Part shown: one piece after another, positions 1-10,473 of the stretch
Layout: each line of letters begins with the position of its first letter
How positions within the stretch are numbered: the stretch's first letter is position 1
From: a virus
Lineage: Duplodnaviria; Heunggongvirae; Uroviricota; Caudoviricetes
Length of the DNA: 64,000 nt
Direction: 5' to 3' (one strand)
IMG/VR virus record: IMGVR_UViG_2667527770_000005
Coordinates: 14,376 to 78,375 of that record
Position numbers and translations under genes: made by a program
Notes under the pieces: generated by a model
What the model saw: the letters and a program-made list of their open reading frames with translations, nothing else
What the model was told of the DNA's origin: nothing
The model's database searches: none

Positions 1-91
1 TTTTATTGTCTGCCAAGATTGCACCTTAATTAGAATAATTCGCATCGTGTTTGAACGGAATTTAACACTAGTCACTTGTTAAGGATTACCA

Positions 92-3000
92 ATGAACAAG
101 CTATCTATAGGGGTGTTTCGCTGTTCAAGTGTCAGCGAAATATTGAAATACATTAGGGCAATAACATCTCACCGAGCGCCGATTAGATACGGCGTGGAAA
201 AGGTGGAAGGCAAAAGCTATGACCGACTACGCCGGGAGGCGAATCAGAAGGCGATAGATTTGCTTAATTCGCTGGTGGACGGCGCGACACTGACAGATGA
301 ACAGCGCCAGATCCTGGCTGGGTACACCGGCGAAGGCGGCATTGGCGGGTCCGTCTCCGAATATTACACACCAAAGCCGATCGCTGAAGGTGTCTGGGAG
401 ATCATGAAGCTCTACGGCGCGGACGTAGGTAACACTCTGGAACCATCGGCGGGCACCGGCGTTTTTAATGAGACAAAACCGGTTGGCACGGTGATGACCG
501 CGACTGAGATCAGCAGTGTTTCCGGTCGTATAAACCAGCTGTTACATCCGGAAGACAGCGTACAGATTTCCCCGTTCGAACAACTGGCTGTAAGCACGCC
601 TAACGATTCATTCGACCATGTGGTGGGTAACGTTCCGTTCGGTGGTCGTGATAACACACGCAACATCGATAAACCTTACGCAGAAGAAACGGACATGGGG
701 TCTTACTTCATGCTCCGCATGTTGGACAAGATAAAGCCTGGCGGATTCATGTGCGTGATTGTGCCGCCGTCCATTGTTTCAGGTTCAAACATGAAGCGGT
801 TACGCCTGCGTCTATCCCGTAAAGCTGAATTTCTTGGCGCTCACCGCTTGCCTACCGGTACTTTTGACGCAAACGGGACCAGTACGGTCGTTGATGTGGT
901 GCTGATGCGTAAACATCCGGCAGAGATGGCTGAGAAAATCCCCCTGGTGGATGAAGGCACTCTTGAATCGGCAAATGTGCTTTGGCCAACGTTTATTTCT
1001 GGCAAGTGGTTTGAAAAGGACGGCCGCCGGTTTGTTCATGGTACTCAGGAGAAGGGATTCCAGGGGCGTATTGAGGTTCGTGCCGACGGGCAGATTGATA
1101 ACCTGGCTCTTAAAGCGAAGCTGATTCATCGTTTCGAAAGTCGTATCGACTGGTCTTTGCTCGATATGGCTGAACCGTCACCGACCGCAGATGTTGTTGA
1201 TGAAGGGGAAATGCGCCTGATTAATGGCGTATGGCAAAAATATGCTGGTGGTCGCTGGATTGAAGCTGATGCCGGGAAGGAGCTGAAGATTGATGTTGCC
1301 AGTTATGGCGCGGATAGCTGGGAGGCTCTTCAGCGTAACCTGACTACCACAGAAGGTCGTCTCGGCATGACATTTACCCAGATGGCAAATGTCCGCGATA
1401 AGTACACCACATCAATCAGCGACGATATGGTGCAACTGGTGGACTGGATTAACAGCCAGCCTGAAAAATACCGTGAACGCTTGTATCGCGGGGCGATGAT
1501 TGGCCGGATGTTAATTGAATATCAGGATATGAAGGCCGCCGGGCATAGTGCTGAACAAATCGAACAGCAGCGCCTTTCTCTGGTATCCCGTTTGCAGGCA
1601 GAGATTGACCGTTTTGGTAACCCCGGTCGCGGTCCGATAGCGAAATTGTCGGGGAGCGGTGCGCGCGCCTGGTTTGCTTTCCGTGGTGCGATTAAGCTGG
1701 ATGGCACTATTTCTGACGAGCTGACAGGAAAGCTGGTTACGCATGATTCCAGCGCCAGTTATGACTCCACCAGCTATCAGGACACCCTGCGTTATCTCTA
1801 TAGCGATCTTACCCGCGATCCAATCCAGCTCGATGATTTCCGCCTTGCGTTTACCGGCGAACTGCCAGCCAGTGATGAAGAGTTGCTTAATTTATTGGCC
1901 AGCACCCCTGGTATTGCGGTTTCACCGTATGGCGGGATTGTTCCGTTCGCCCGCGCCACCAGCGGCGACATTAACGAGATAGTGGCTCCAAAACAGGAAT
2001 TTCTTGCCACACACCCCGACGGTCCAGTAAAGAACAACGTCCTTAATCAGCTGGCAGCGATCGAAGAGAAGCGCATCAAGACGCCAGCAGAGAATATCCG
2101 CTTTAAGCTCAATAGCCGTTGGTTCGACCGCTCCGTCATTCTGGAATTTTTGCAGGAAAACGGCTATCCGGATCTGCGCTATGTGCAGTCAGTGCAGCTG
2201 GAAGGCGACGAAATGGTTTCTGACACCTATCACGGTGGTGATGGTCTGTTCGTCGGGCACCGATACGGTGTCGTCCAGCGCAAGGATAAAGAAACAGGCG
2301 AGATCCGCTACGAGTGGGACCGTAAATCGGGTGAAAACGCGACCGGGTTCCCGGCACAGCTGGAAAAGTATCTCAATGGTGCGCGTATCGGTGGCAAAGA
2401 TAGCGCGACGGCGAACGGCTACCGCGAGCAGATGGCACTGCTTGAGGACCAGTTCAATAAGTGGATCAAGACGCACGATCGCTACGATGAGCTGGTTGCC
2501 AAATACAACGATGTGTTCAATAGCAATATCCCGTATGAACACTCTGGCGATCCGCTTGGGTTGAAGGGATTAAGCGGTAAGCGCCAGCCATTTGATTACC
2601 AGAATAGCGAGGTGCGCCGACTGTCCGAAGATGGGCGCGGCATCCTGGGCTTCGGCACCGGGCTGGGTAAAACCACGACCGCGCTGGCGCTTGAGGCGTT
2701 CAACTATGAGAACGGTCGCTCTACCCGTACTGCGTATGTAGTGCCTAAATCAGTGCTGGAAAATTGGTATTACGAAGCAAAAGAATTCCTGAGTGAAGAG
2801 GCATTCAGTAACTACTTGTTCGTCGGTCTTGATGTGCTGATGGATGGCGATCAGATTCGCCAGGTGCCGGTGCTCAATGAGAACGGTAAACCTGTTCTTG
2901 GTACTGATGGCACTCCAGTTATGCGCGATGCTCTTAAGCTGGCAGATGAAGCCACTATCACGGCGCGGATGAACGCGATCCCGCACTCAAATTACCGTGC

Positions 3001-6000
3001 AGTCGTGTTTACCAAAGAACAATACGCCCGCATTCCGCTACGTGATGACACCGTAGATGAGCATGCACAGGATATGCTTTATGACTTCGTTGCAGCCGGG
3101 CGCGTAGCCAGCGCAATGGACTCCGACTCCCACCGCAAAGAGGCCGCGCGTCGCCGGGTATTGTCGGAGTATTCAGATACCGGCACCGAAAAAGCAGAGA
3201 AGTATCCGTACTTTGAGGATATGGGCTTCGATAGTGTGATCGCCGACGAAGGTCACAACTACCGCAATAGCTATAAAAATGGTCGCGAAGCGTCACAACT
3301 GGCCTATCTGCCCACCAGCGCGGTGGCGCAATCGGCGCGAGATATGGCAATTAAAAACGCGTACCTGATGAAAAAGAATGGCGGGCGCGGGCCGGTTCTC
3401 CTGACTGCAACGCCAGTCGTTAACACCCCGATCGATGCATACAACATGCTTTCTCATGTTCTGCCGAAGGAATACTGGCAGAACATGGGGATCTACGGTC
3501 CTGATGACTTCGTTAAATTCTTCGGCAAGACCAGGCTGGAAACGGTACAGAAAATTAGCGGTGAAGTTGAAGAAAAAATGGCGCTGGTGGGCTTTGAAAA
3601 CCTTGATGCGCTGCGCGGTATATTCCATCGCTGGGTAACGCTTAAAACGGCGGAAGACGTTAAGGATACCGTGGAGATCCCGGAGCTGGACGAACACCAG
3701 CAGGATGCACCACTTACTGAAGAACAACTGGCGGCGTATGAAGAATTGCGTCAGCAGGCGGAAGCGGCGGCCAAAGCCAACAATGGCGTAACGACCTCGG
3801 TCAATGAAGACGGCGTGATTGAGCACGAGAAAGCCCGTCCGATCTTCTCAATAATCAGGGATATGGACCGCGTATGTACTGACATGGACCTGTACTATCG
3901 CCGGATCACCTATCGTTTCCTGCCGGAGTACGCCGATGCGGTGCAGCAGCTGGCGGACAGTTTGCCTAAACAAGCCACCAGCGAAGACGACGACAGTGAT
4001 GATTCAATCACGCAGCAATCGCAATACTCCCTGATAGATAAGGGCGAGTTTATTCAGTTGCAGGTTCCGGAAGCGTTCGAGCAGGAAGTGAATAAGCGCC
4101 TGGCCAGGTTTGGCATTGACGAACAGACCGTAACTCACCCCGTTACGCCGAAATACGCGAAGCTGATCGCCACGCTGAAGGAGTTTTTCCCGGAAGGTAA
4201 GCAAATCATCTTCACCGATGAAAAAACGCAGCACCAGAAGCTCAAGCGCATTATCTGCAATGCTCTAAACCTTGAACCTTCAAAGGTGGGGATCCTGAAT
4301 GCTCAGACGGTTGCCGAGGCAGGTAAAACCGGTAAGAAACTGAAAGCGGTTAAACCGCCGAAAGAGCTACCGGATGAACCAACAGATGCACAGATAGCGA
4401 AATACAACGAGCAAATGGCTCTGTATGACGCCTATATCGCGCAGCAAAATGAAATGTCGTTGGGCGGTCTGGAAAAGATTGCAGCCGACTTCCAGGAGGG
4501 CCGGACTCCGATCATCATCTGCAACAAAAAGGCAGAGGTGGGTATCAACCTGCATCGAGGAACGACTGACATCCATCATCTGACGTTGCCATGGACACCA
4601 GCCAGCATCGCACAACGTAACGGTCGCGGTGCACGAGTTGGCTCCAACCGTGCAAGCGTTCGCGTTCACTACTACTGCGGCAAGGGGTCTTTCGATGAAT
4701 ACCGACTGAAGACGCTGAAGCGTAAAGCAGGCTGGATCTCCGATATCCTCCGTTCAGATAAGTCAGAAATGGAGAACGCCGACGCCAATGACATGATCGA
4801 AATGCAGATGTATACCGCGAAGGATGACGGCGAACGTCTGGCAATGATGCAGGTTCAAATGGATAAGGCGAAAGCTGCGAAACGCGCTCGCCAGAAAGAA
4901 CAGGCTACTATCGACCTTCAGAACTACATCAAGGCGCAGCACGCAGCTGGTGAGGATGTGGAGGTACTTACCGCTGAATTGGAGCGAAGCAAAGCGGAAC
5001 TTGAAAAGACCACCGCCGAGGTAGCTAAATTCAAACAGGCGGTAATGGCCAAAGCAGCTGATAACGCAGACTGGAAAGCCCGCTGGGGTAGCGTCCATCA
5101 CACAGACCGTATGTTGTTAGCACAGTATCGCGCGTCGTTGAAAAGCGCCATTCAGCGCAAGGCTAATATCTCTCAGGCCATCTCCCGCTATGAGAAATTA
5201 TTGAACCGTACTCAGAAGGCCGCGACGGATATCAAACGCCTGCGCCCGCTGGTGGAGGATGCAATAAATAAAGGCATTCTGGATGTTGATCCTGATCTGG
5301 TTAACCATGCGAATGAGTTCCTTGTTATCGGCGATCGCTCATGGCGTGTAGGCCAATACTATGATTGTGCCGGTGATATCGTTCGCATTAAGTCGCTGGA
5401 CTTCGACAGCCAGCGCGCAGACGTGGAGATCATCTTTACCTTCAAAGGCACCAAATCGGGTAACTGGGATGTGAAGACGCTGGATAAACAGGTTGATGTA
5501 ACTCCCGATGAAGATGCTGTTATGCAGAAAATCAGTGGTGGCGTCTCCATCGCCGGGATTAACGACATCATTTCCTGTGACGATTTCTACCGTTTCCAGC
5601 AGCGCGGCATGATCAAAATCACTGACTCATACGGCGTTCAGACTACAGAGTCAGGCTATAGCATCGATTTTGTTGGTACCTATACGGACCCACTGAAGCA
5701 TGCGGTTTACCCGGATCGCCGTGACGGCGCGCTGAAGTCGTCAATTGCAAAATGGGTGCTTGGTATGATGTCGGAAGGGAATAACCGCCAGATCCGTTCG
5801 GCAGAAACATTCCTGGTTGAACTGTTTGGCTCCAATTATGGCGATGTAATCGCGTCATACGGAGATACGCTATCCCCTGAAGCAATTCAGGAGAAAATAG
5901 CGGATGCGATCGCCAGAATGCCGGAAAAAACAAGCCAGGGGGCTACTCGTAACGGGGATTCTGAACTTGAAGTCACCAATGCCATTTTCGGTACCAATGA

Positions 6001-6859
6001 GTTCCGGGCGTCAGATTATGAGATCACCACAGCACAGTTTGGCACCATTGGCATTTACAGCAATAAAGCCGAGATCAAGCAGGCAATGGACGCAGCAAGC
6101 GCGCGCATCGCAGCAGAACGGGAAGCCAATCTGAATCATGCAGTCGCCGCGCTGACTCAATCGTGGGTAACAGCAATCAGGGAGGCCGCCACCACAGGGA
6201 AAATCACACCTGCAATAGCGGATGTCGTAAACGACGGCTCTAAATTTATGGATGCCTATCAAATGGATGCGGTGAAGTTGCCATCAGCCTATGGTCAACT
6301 CAGCTATCGCATGACCTACAACCTGGTATCAATGTTTTCCGACCTTGCCATCCTTGGGCTGGTGGATCTTAACGAGGTTACGCCGGAATTGCTCAGCATG
6401 CGCAAGAATCATGTGGAGATATTGCAGAGAATTAACACGGTTCTTGCCGGGCGCACCGATGAAGAGAAACAGGCCGACGCTGATCGGATAAACCTAGCCC
6501 TTGGCAACATCACGGAGGAAGAGATTGCCGCCAGAAACGAGAAACAAGAAGAGTTATCATCAATACAGGGTGATGCCACCAGCATAGCTCAGTCTCTTGG
6601 TCTGAATTATCGCGTATCCACCGCCGACCTGAAGATGATGTACGCACCAAAATTCGCCGCTGGCGAGGTATTTGGGCTTCAGGAAGCCTCAGGCATGAAA
6701 GGCGTTCTTTTCCGTGCGAAAGACGCAATCAAGGCGAAATTCGGCGCTCGCTGGCTGCCAGCGAAGGCGAAGAACAGCGATTTCCCGGGTAACTGGTGGA
6801 TTATCGAGACAAAACACAACGTGGCGGACGTTCTGGCCGTCATCCAACAATACGCATAA
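92..6859 (+). CDS. darB: DarB-like antirestriction protein (2255 aa; methyltransferase-like N-terminal region plus SF2 helicase)
   Basis: Single 2255-aa ORF, ATG at 92 preceded by AAGGA; Walker A-like GTGLGKTT and DEGH box (VIADEGH) visible; size and architecture match P1 DarB as recalled. Confidence 0.85.
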   Translation: MNKLSIGVFRCSSVSEILKYIRAITSHRAPIRYGVEKVEGKSYDRLRREANQKAIDLLNSLVDGATLTDEQRQILAGYTGEGGIGGSVSEYYTPKPIAEGVWEIMKLYGADVGNTLEPSAGTGVFNETKPVGTVMTATEISSVSGRINQLLHPEDSVQISPFEQLAVSTPNDSFDHVVGNVPFGGRDNTRNIDKPYAEETDMGSYFMLRMLDKIKPGGFMCVIVPPSIVSGSNMKRLRLRLSRKAEFLGAHRLPTGTFDANGTSTVVDVVLMRKHPAEMAEKIPLVDEGTLESANVLWPTFISGKWFEKDGRRFVHGTQEKGFQGRIEVRADGQIDNLALKAKLIHRFESRIDWSLLDMAEPSPTADVVDEGEMRLINGVWQKYAGGRWIEADAGKELKIDVASYGADSWEALQRNLTTTEGRLGMTFTQMANVRDKYTTSISDDMVQLVDWINSQPEKYRERLYRGAMIGRMLIEYQDMKAAGHSAEQIEQQRLSLVSRLQAEIDRFGNPGRGPIAKLSGSGARAWFAFRGAIKLDGTISDELTGKLVTHDSSASYDSTSYQDTLRYLYSDLTRDPIQLDDFRLAFTGELPASDEELLNLLASTPGIAVSPYGGIVPFARATSGDINEIVAPKQEFLATHPDGPVKNNVLNQLAAIEEKRIKTPAENIRFKLNSRWFDRSVILEFLQENGYPDLRYVQSVQLEGDEMVSDTYHGGDGLFVGHRYGVVQRKDKETGEIRYEWDRKSGENATGFPAQLEKYLNGARIGGKDSATANGYREQMALLEDQFNKWIKTHDRYDELVAKYNDVFNSNIPYEHSGDPLGLKGLSGKRQPFDYQNSEVRRLSEDGRGILGFGTGLGKTTTALALEAFNYENGRSTRTAYVVPKSVLENWYYEAKEFLSEEAFSNYLFVGLDVLMDGDQIRQVPVLNENGKPVLGTDGTPVMRDALKLADEATITARMNAIPHSNYRAVVFTKEQYARIPLRDDTVDEHAQDMLYDFVAAGRVASAMDSDSHRKEAARRRVLSEYSDTGTEKAEKYPYFEDMGFDSVIADEGHNYRNSYKNGREASQLAYLPTSAVAQSARDMAIKNAYLMKKNGGRGPVLLTATPVVNTPIDAYNMLSHVLPKEYWQNMGIYGPDDFVKFFGKTRLETVQKISGEVEEKMALVGFENLDALRGIFHRWVTLKTAEDVKDTVEIPELDEHQQDAPLTEEQLAAYEELRQQAEAAAKANNGVTTSVNEDGVIEHEKARPIFSIIRDMDRVCTDMDLYYRRITYRFLPEYADAVQQLADSLPKQATSEDDDSDDSITQQSQYSLIDKGEFIQLQVPEAFEQEVNKRLARFGIDEQTVTHPVTPKYAKLIATLKEFFPEGKQIIFTDEKTQHQKLKRIICNALNLEPSKVGILNAQTVAEAGKTGKKLKAVKPPKELPDEPTDAQIAKYNEQMALYDAYIAQQNEMSLGGLEKIAADFQEGRTPIIICNKKAEVGINLHRGTTDIHHLTLPWTPASIAQRNGRGARVGSNRASVRVHYYCGKGSFDEYRLKTLKRKAGWISDILRSDKSEMENADANDMIEMQMYTAKDDGERLAMMQVQMDKAKAAKRARQKEQATIDLQNYIKAQHAAGEDVEVLTAELERSKAELEKTTAEVAKFKQAVMAKAADNADWKARWGSVHHTDRMLLAQYRASLKSAIQRKANISQAISRYEKLLNRTQKAATDIKRLRPLVEDAINKGILDVDPDLVNHANEFLVIGDRSWRVGQYYDCAGDIVRIKSLDFDSQRADVEIIFTFKGTKSGNWDVKTLDKQVDVTPDEDAVMQKISGGVSIAGINDIISCDDFYRFQQRGMIKITDSYGVQTTESGYSIDFVGTYTDPLKHAVYPDRRDGALKSSIAKWVLGMMSEGNNRQIRSAETFLVELFGSNYGDVIASYGDTLSPEAIQEKIADAIARMPEKTSQGATRNGDSELEVTNAIFGTNEFRASDYEITTAQFGTIGIYSNKAEIKQAMDAASARIAAEREANLNHAVAALTQSWVTAIREAATTGKITPAIADVVNDGSKFMDAYQMDAVKLPSAYGQLSYRMTYNLVSMFSDLAILGLVDLNEVTPELLSMRKNHVEILQRINTVLAGRTDEEKQADADRINLALGNITEEEIAARNEKQEELSSIQGDATSIAQSLGLNYRVSTADLKMMYAPKFAAGEVFGLQEASGMKGVLFRAKDAIKAKFGARWLPAKAKNSDFPGNWWIIETKHNVADVLAVIQQYA

Positions 6860-6892
6860 CAGGAGCGCCCGGTTCGCCGGGCGTCGCATAAT

Positions 6893-7333
6893 ATGGCCAC
6901 ACTATCTGATACAATAAAACCGAATAAAACATATCTTGAGGCGGTACTCCGTACAGCGTTGTTAGGAAAGACAGAAGACGAATACGTTGATTTCTTCCTG
7001 TCAGGGCTACGCGGGCGATTACTGAAAAATCCCCGCCTGTACCGCAGCTATGGTCCATACTGGCCGGAAATTAAAAAATTATTACTGGAGCGCGGTTATG
7101 GTAATTTCGGTCGTCTCGTTGACCGTGACGTTCGCAAAATTTACCGTTATGACCGCCCGGCGCTAACACTCATAGCCGCGACGCTCTACAGCCAGGAGCG
7201 TTTTGATAATGGTCAGATATACTCAGCCTGGCATTTACTGCCAGTGCCTGAAGAAGTTGACGACCAGGACTATGAGTTTGAGTCTTACGATTTGGAAGTT
7301 GAAGCCTTGGCACAGGCTGGAGAGAAAACTTGA
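6893..7333 (+). CDS. hypothetical protein, 146 aa (position of P1 ulx)
   Basis: ATG ORF immediately downstream of darB on same strand; no motif recognised; synteny only. Confidence 0.45.
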   Translation: MATLSDTIKPNKTYLEAVLRTALLGKTEDEYVDFFLSGLRGRLLKNPRLYRSYGPYWPEIKKLLLERGYGNFGRLVDRDVRKIYRYDRPALTLIAATLYSQERFDNGQIYSAWHLLPVPEEVDDQDYEFESYDLEVEALAQAGEKT

Positions 7334-7578
7334 AAAAGCGATACTACACAGTAAAGCATGGGACGCTACGAGCATTACAAGAGTTTGCTGACAAGCATAA
7401 CGTTGAGGTGCGCAGGGAAGGGGGAAGTAAAGCTCTGCGCATGTACCGTCCGGACGGAAAATGGCGGACGGTCGTCGATTTCAAAACTAACAGCGTTCCC
7501 CAGGGCGTCCGCGACCGGGCATTCGAGGAATGGGAGCAGATCATCATAGATAACGCATTGCTCCTGAATGCTGATTAA
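7330..7578 (+). CDS. hypothetical protein, 82 aa (position of P1 lxc); TTG start
   Basis: ORF overlaps stop of upstream ORF; start codon is TTG; synteny only. Confidence 0.4.
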   Translation: MKKRYYTVKHGTLRALQEFADKHNVEVRREGGSKALRMYRPDGKWRTVVDFKTNSVPQGVRDRAFEEWEQIIIDNALLLNAD

Positions 7579-7582
7579 GAAC

Positions 7583-7611
7583 TCTCCGGCCTAGGGAGAT
7601 TAGGCCGGAGA
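7583..7611. terminator. perfect 9-bp stem-loop (TCTCCGGCC / GGCCGGAGA) between convergent genes; possible bidirectional terminator
   Basis: Inverted repeat read directly; flanks AT-rich but no clean U-run. Confidence 0.4.
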
Positions 7612-7619
7612 TAAATATA

Positions 7620-8924
7620 CTATATAAACTTAGATATAATATCGTGAATCTGTTGTAGCGGGATTTCTTCCATCTTACTCTTAATAAGAGAGCGGTTAGA
7701 TGCTGTCAGTGAAGGCCATTTTGTTTTCCAGGCTAGATATGCTCGCCATGAGTAGCCTGTTTCGTAAGGTTTATTCATATAAGTCATTGAGTGTTCAACC
7801 GCATGTATGTATTTTTTCTCAAAGTTGGTTCCTTTTACTTCAAATAAACTACCGAAATAAATAAGCCATTTTGCCAGGTGTTCATACTGCTCCCATGCGC
7901 CAGACTCTTTAGTAAGATCTATTTTTTTATCTATTATATCACAAAAAACATTTAATACCTTTTCATCATTCCAGCTATATCCAGATGATGAAATGGAGGA
8001 AATGATATGATAAAAAGAATCCTCTAACTTCAAGAACTCTATTTTATACTCTCTTCCGTTTTTTATTACCGATTTGATTGAGTGCCTCAATTTGTCTTTT
8101 ATTTTTTTTGCTTCTGGAATTTTCTTGTTAAGTTTTCTAAAGAAATCAGACACCTCTGTTTTATCTATAACCCTAATCCCAAAGCAGGAAAAATAGTAAT
8201 CTTTAATAGGTTGCAATAGTTTTCCTCGGGAAATAAGGAAAATATTGGAGGACATTACGTTGTCCCGTGAAAATACCTTATATTCATTTATAATCGCCTT
8301 GAGGTTCGCGTCACTTAGAGAATAGCCAAGAATAACAATAGTGTTTTCATGTAGAACTGTGCTTAGTTTATTTGAAAAGTAAGAATTACCATTTATAAAT
8401 CTGAAATAATCCTCGCTAGTAACAACCATATCTGATGGGGAGTCTATAGAGCCGTGAACATGGTAGACTTTAACCTCACAATTATATTTTGGAATTGGCA
8501 GGCCGGGGGTGATTGTACACGTTCGATTCTCTCCAGCCAGTTTTTCTGCTAACTTGTCATAATTTGTCGTAATTACTTTAAATGTGTTTTCTTTGAAAAA
8601 GTCTTGAATATATTCAATTGATGGATCAAGTTCGATTGAGGCTATGATTTTCTCAATCTCCTGGTAAATATTTTTCCCCGAAAGTATAAATTTTAGTGCA
8701 ATAACCTGAGCAGCCTCTTCAAGGCTAAGGTCTTTTGCTTTTCCATCAGGAAATAATTCCTCTTTGAGTGAGTCACCATCCTTCAATAAACCGCACAGTT
8801 GCTCCAATAAAGATTGCCAACTTGGGGCTTTATCATCAGAAACAGCCTTTGAAAATCCAGTGCCTGTAAGAAAGCACAGCCTATGTGTAGCTGCTGCATA
8901 GGCAATTTCTATATACTCGCTCAT
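7620..8924 (-). CDS. SIR2-family (sirtuin-like, NAD-binding) protein with uncharacterised C-terminal half, 434 aa; candidate antiphage defence effector
   Basis: ATG at 8924 with GGAG 7 nt upstream; N-terminal motifs LTGTGFSKAV (GAGxS-like), ITTNYD (TQNxD-like), YHVHGS (catalytic His) typical of SIR2; gene strongly AT-rich versus flanks; occupies the res/mod slot between mat and darB operon. Confidence 0.8.
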   Translation of the reverse strand: MSEYIEIAYAAATHRLCFLTGTGFSKAVSDDKAPSWQSLLEQLCGLLKDGDSLKEELFPDGKAKDLSLEEAAQVIALKFILSGKNIYQEIEKIIASIELDPSIEYIQDFFKENTFKVITTNYDKLAEKLAGENRTCTITPGLPIPKYNCEVKVYHVHGSIDSPSDMVVTSEDYFRFINGNSYFSNKLSTVLHENTIVILGYSLSDANLKAIINEYKVFSRDNVMSSNIFLISRGKLLQPIKDYYFSCFGIRVIDKTEVSDFFRKLNKKIPEAKKIKDKLRHSIKSVIKNGREYKIEFLKLEDSFYHIISSISSSGYSWNDEKVLNVFCDIIDKKIDLTKESGAWEQYEHLAKWLIYFGSLFEVKGTNFEKKYIHAVEHSMTYMNKPYETGYSWRAYLAWKTKWPSLTASNRSLIKSKMEEIPLQQIHDIISKFI

Positions 8925-8980
8925 TACTTACTCCATTTACTTATAGTTCTACGGAGAAGTATACCCTAATGCATTGACGT

Positions 8981-9622
8981 TTATAGATAATTTCCTTTTC
9001 CTGTTAATACTCCCTTAGGCACCTGTTTTTGTGCCAGCGTTTGGGTTCCGCGAATTATGTTAATCAGAGGGCTTAGTAACGATGGTTCCTGGCGTGCCTC
9101 AACTTCTCCAGCCATTGCCCTGATGTAGTCTGCGCTGGCAACGTTGTTGTATTCCGTCGCAAAGCAACATAGTAACGTCAGAACATGCTCTGTCGTTATT
9201 TCGCTCCAGTTGATGTTGAAAAATTCATCGCCTTTTTTATCGTGTTCGGAATCGAAGATGCTTTGGTGGAGGATGTATTTGCCGGATTCCTTGCGCGGTA
9301 ACTTGATCGCTTTCTGGCGTTCCAGCTCCTTGTAAATCTGCATTGCTTCAATCAGTACCGGCCTGCCGTTCATGAAGGGATCGCGCAACCTTACACGCTG
9401 GCCAACTCGACCAGTAATAAAGCTGTTTTCCTCTTCCACCAGCACGATAAAACCCTTTTCCTCTTTTTCTCGCAATTCGCGCAGCAGCTGGAGTTCCATG
9501 TCGCGGCGGCGTTCAGGGTAGCTGGTCCGCTCAGCCATTATCAGCTCGTTGTTGATCCATGCAGCAGTCATTGACGCCGGTTTGCCGACGCTCATCGAAA
9601 CAACGCATATTTTCTTATCCAT
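8981..9622 (-). CDS. mat: Mat-like particle maturation protein
   Basis: Synteny (between ref and res/mod slot); track ORF begins with GTG at 9649, first ATG at 9622 has GGGG upstream so ATG start preferred. Confidence 0.6.
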   Translation of the reverse strand: MDKKICVVSMSVGKPASMTAAWINNELIMAERTSYPERRRDMELQLLRELREKEEKGFIVLVEEENSFITGRVGQRVRLRDPFMNGRPVLIEAMQIYKELERQKAIKLPRKESGKYILHQSIFDSEHDKKGDEFFNINWSEITTEHVLTLLCCFATEYNNVASADYIRAMAGEVEARQEPSLLSPLINIIRGTQTLAQKQVPKGVLTGKGNYL

Positions 9623-9810
9623 AGCGCCCCTACAAAAAAGAAAAGCCACCAGCGGCGGCTTAGCAATACAACTGAAGGTAGCGCCCGGTACTCAGACTGT
9701 GCCGTCCATGGAATATTTGAAAAGGGATCCATCCGTACCGGGCGTGTGATGATTCTGACTCAAGTCACTTGTCAGTTGTCAATCATTTAAGATTAAAAAT
9801 AATATATTTA

Positions 9811-10371
9811 TTAGTGCATGATGTTTGCCATTTCATAGGCGTCAGCCAGCAACTCCATCTCTGACTTGTTCAGCAGGGTGAATTCTTTCTTGCCTCCAAC
9901 CACACCATCGGCATGAACAGGGACCAGCCAGGGGTATTTTGCTCTTACTTCAGCCGGAGCTGCATGCTGGTGGTGCCATCTACAAAGTGGCAATTGCTTT
10001 TTATGACAACCCGGCGCGGTACGACCGGCGATATGGTGCAGAGACATCTCATTAGATATTACTCCATGCATATAGCAGGCAATGCAGGGGAGAGTGCCAA
10101 GAGCATTGGCGATGCGCCGTTCCTCCGCCGTTGGTGTTCTCCCCTTCAAGCCACGAGATTTTATTTTTACCGCGCTTTTCCGCGTTTTGCTGGCTGGTGG
10201 GCGCTCTTTCTGTTTAGCGATACGGCGGTCGAGAGTATCCCGCATTTTCTGATATTGAGATTCTCGCCAGACCGGATCAGCCAACTTCTCCCGTTGCCGA
10301 GCGATCGCTCGTTCTCTGGCTGCCTTCTGCCACTTGCGGCACTGTTCAATTTTTTGTTCGATTGTTTTCAT
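9811..10371 (-). CDS. ref: Ref recombination enhancement HNH endonuclease, 186 aa
   Basis: HNH-like His/Cys cluster (HHIAGR..CHKKQLPLCRWHH); size and position next to cre/cra as in P1. Confidence 0.85.
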   Translation of the reverse strand: MKTIEQKIEQCRKWQKAARERAIARQREKLADPVWRESQYQKMRDTLDRRIAKQKERPPASKTRKSAVKIKSRGLKGRTPTAEERRIANALGTLPCIACYMHGVISNEMSLHHIAGRTAPGCHKKQLPLCRWHHQHAAPAEVRAKYPWLVPVHADGVVGGKKEFTLLNKSEMELLADAYEMANIMH

Positions 10372-10375
10372 ATGG

Positions 10376-10408
10376 CAAAAAAAAAAGGCGGCCTAATGGC
10401 CGCCAATG
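10376..10408 (-). terminator. GC hairpin (GGCGGCC-ATTA-GGCCGCC) followed by T10 on minus strand, ending 5 nt before ref ATG
   Basis: Read from sequence; looks like intrinsic terminator/attenuator upstream of ref. Confidence 0.4.
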
Positions 10409-10473
10409 ATGTCAAGGAGTGAAGTAATGGCAACGTCTTCGTAGTTGACAAAAACTGCGGCTCAATTATAGCG

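Noticed and set aside
412-6728. Many short ORFs on both strands nested inside darB (e.g. 3293..3826 minus, 177 aa)
   Set aside because: Antisense or out-of-frame shadows of a 6.8-kb coding region; low-complexity or Cys/Arg-rich translations.
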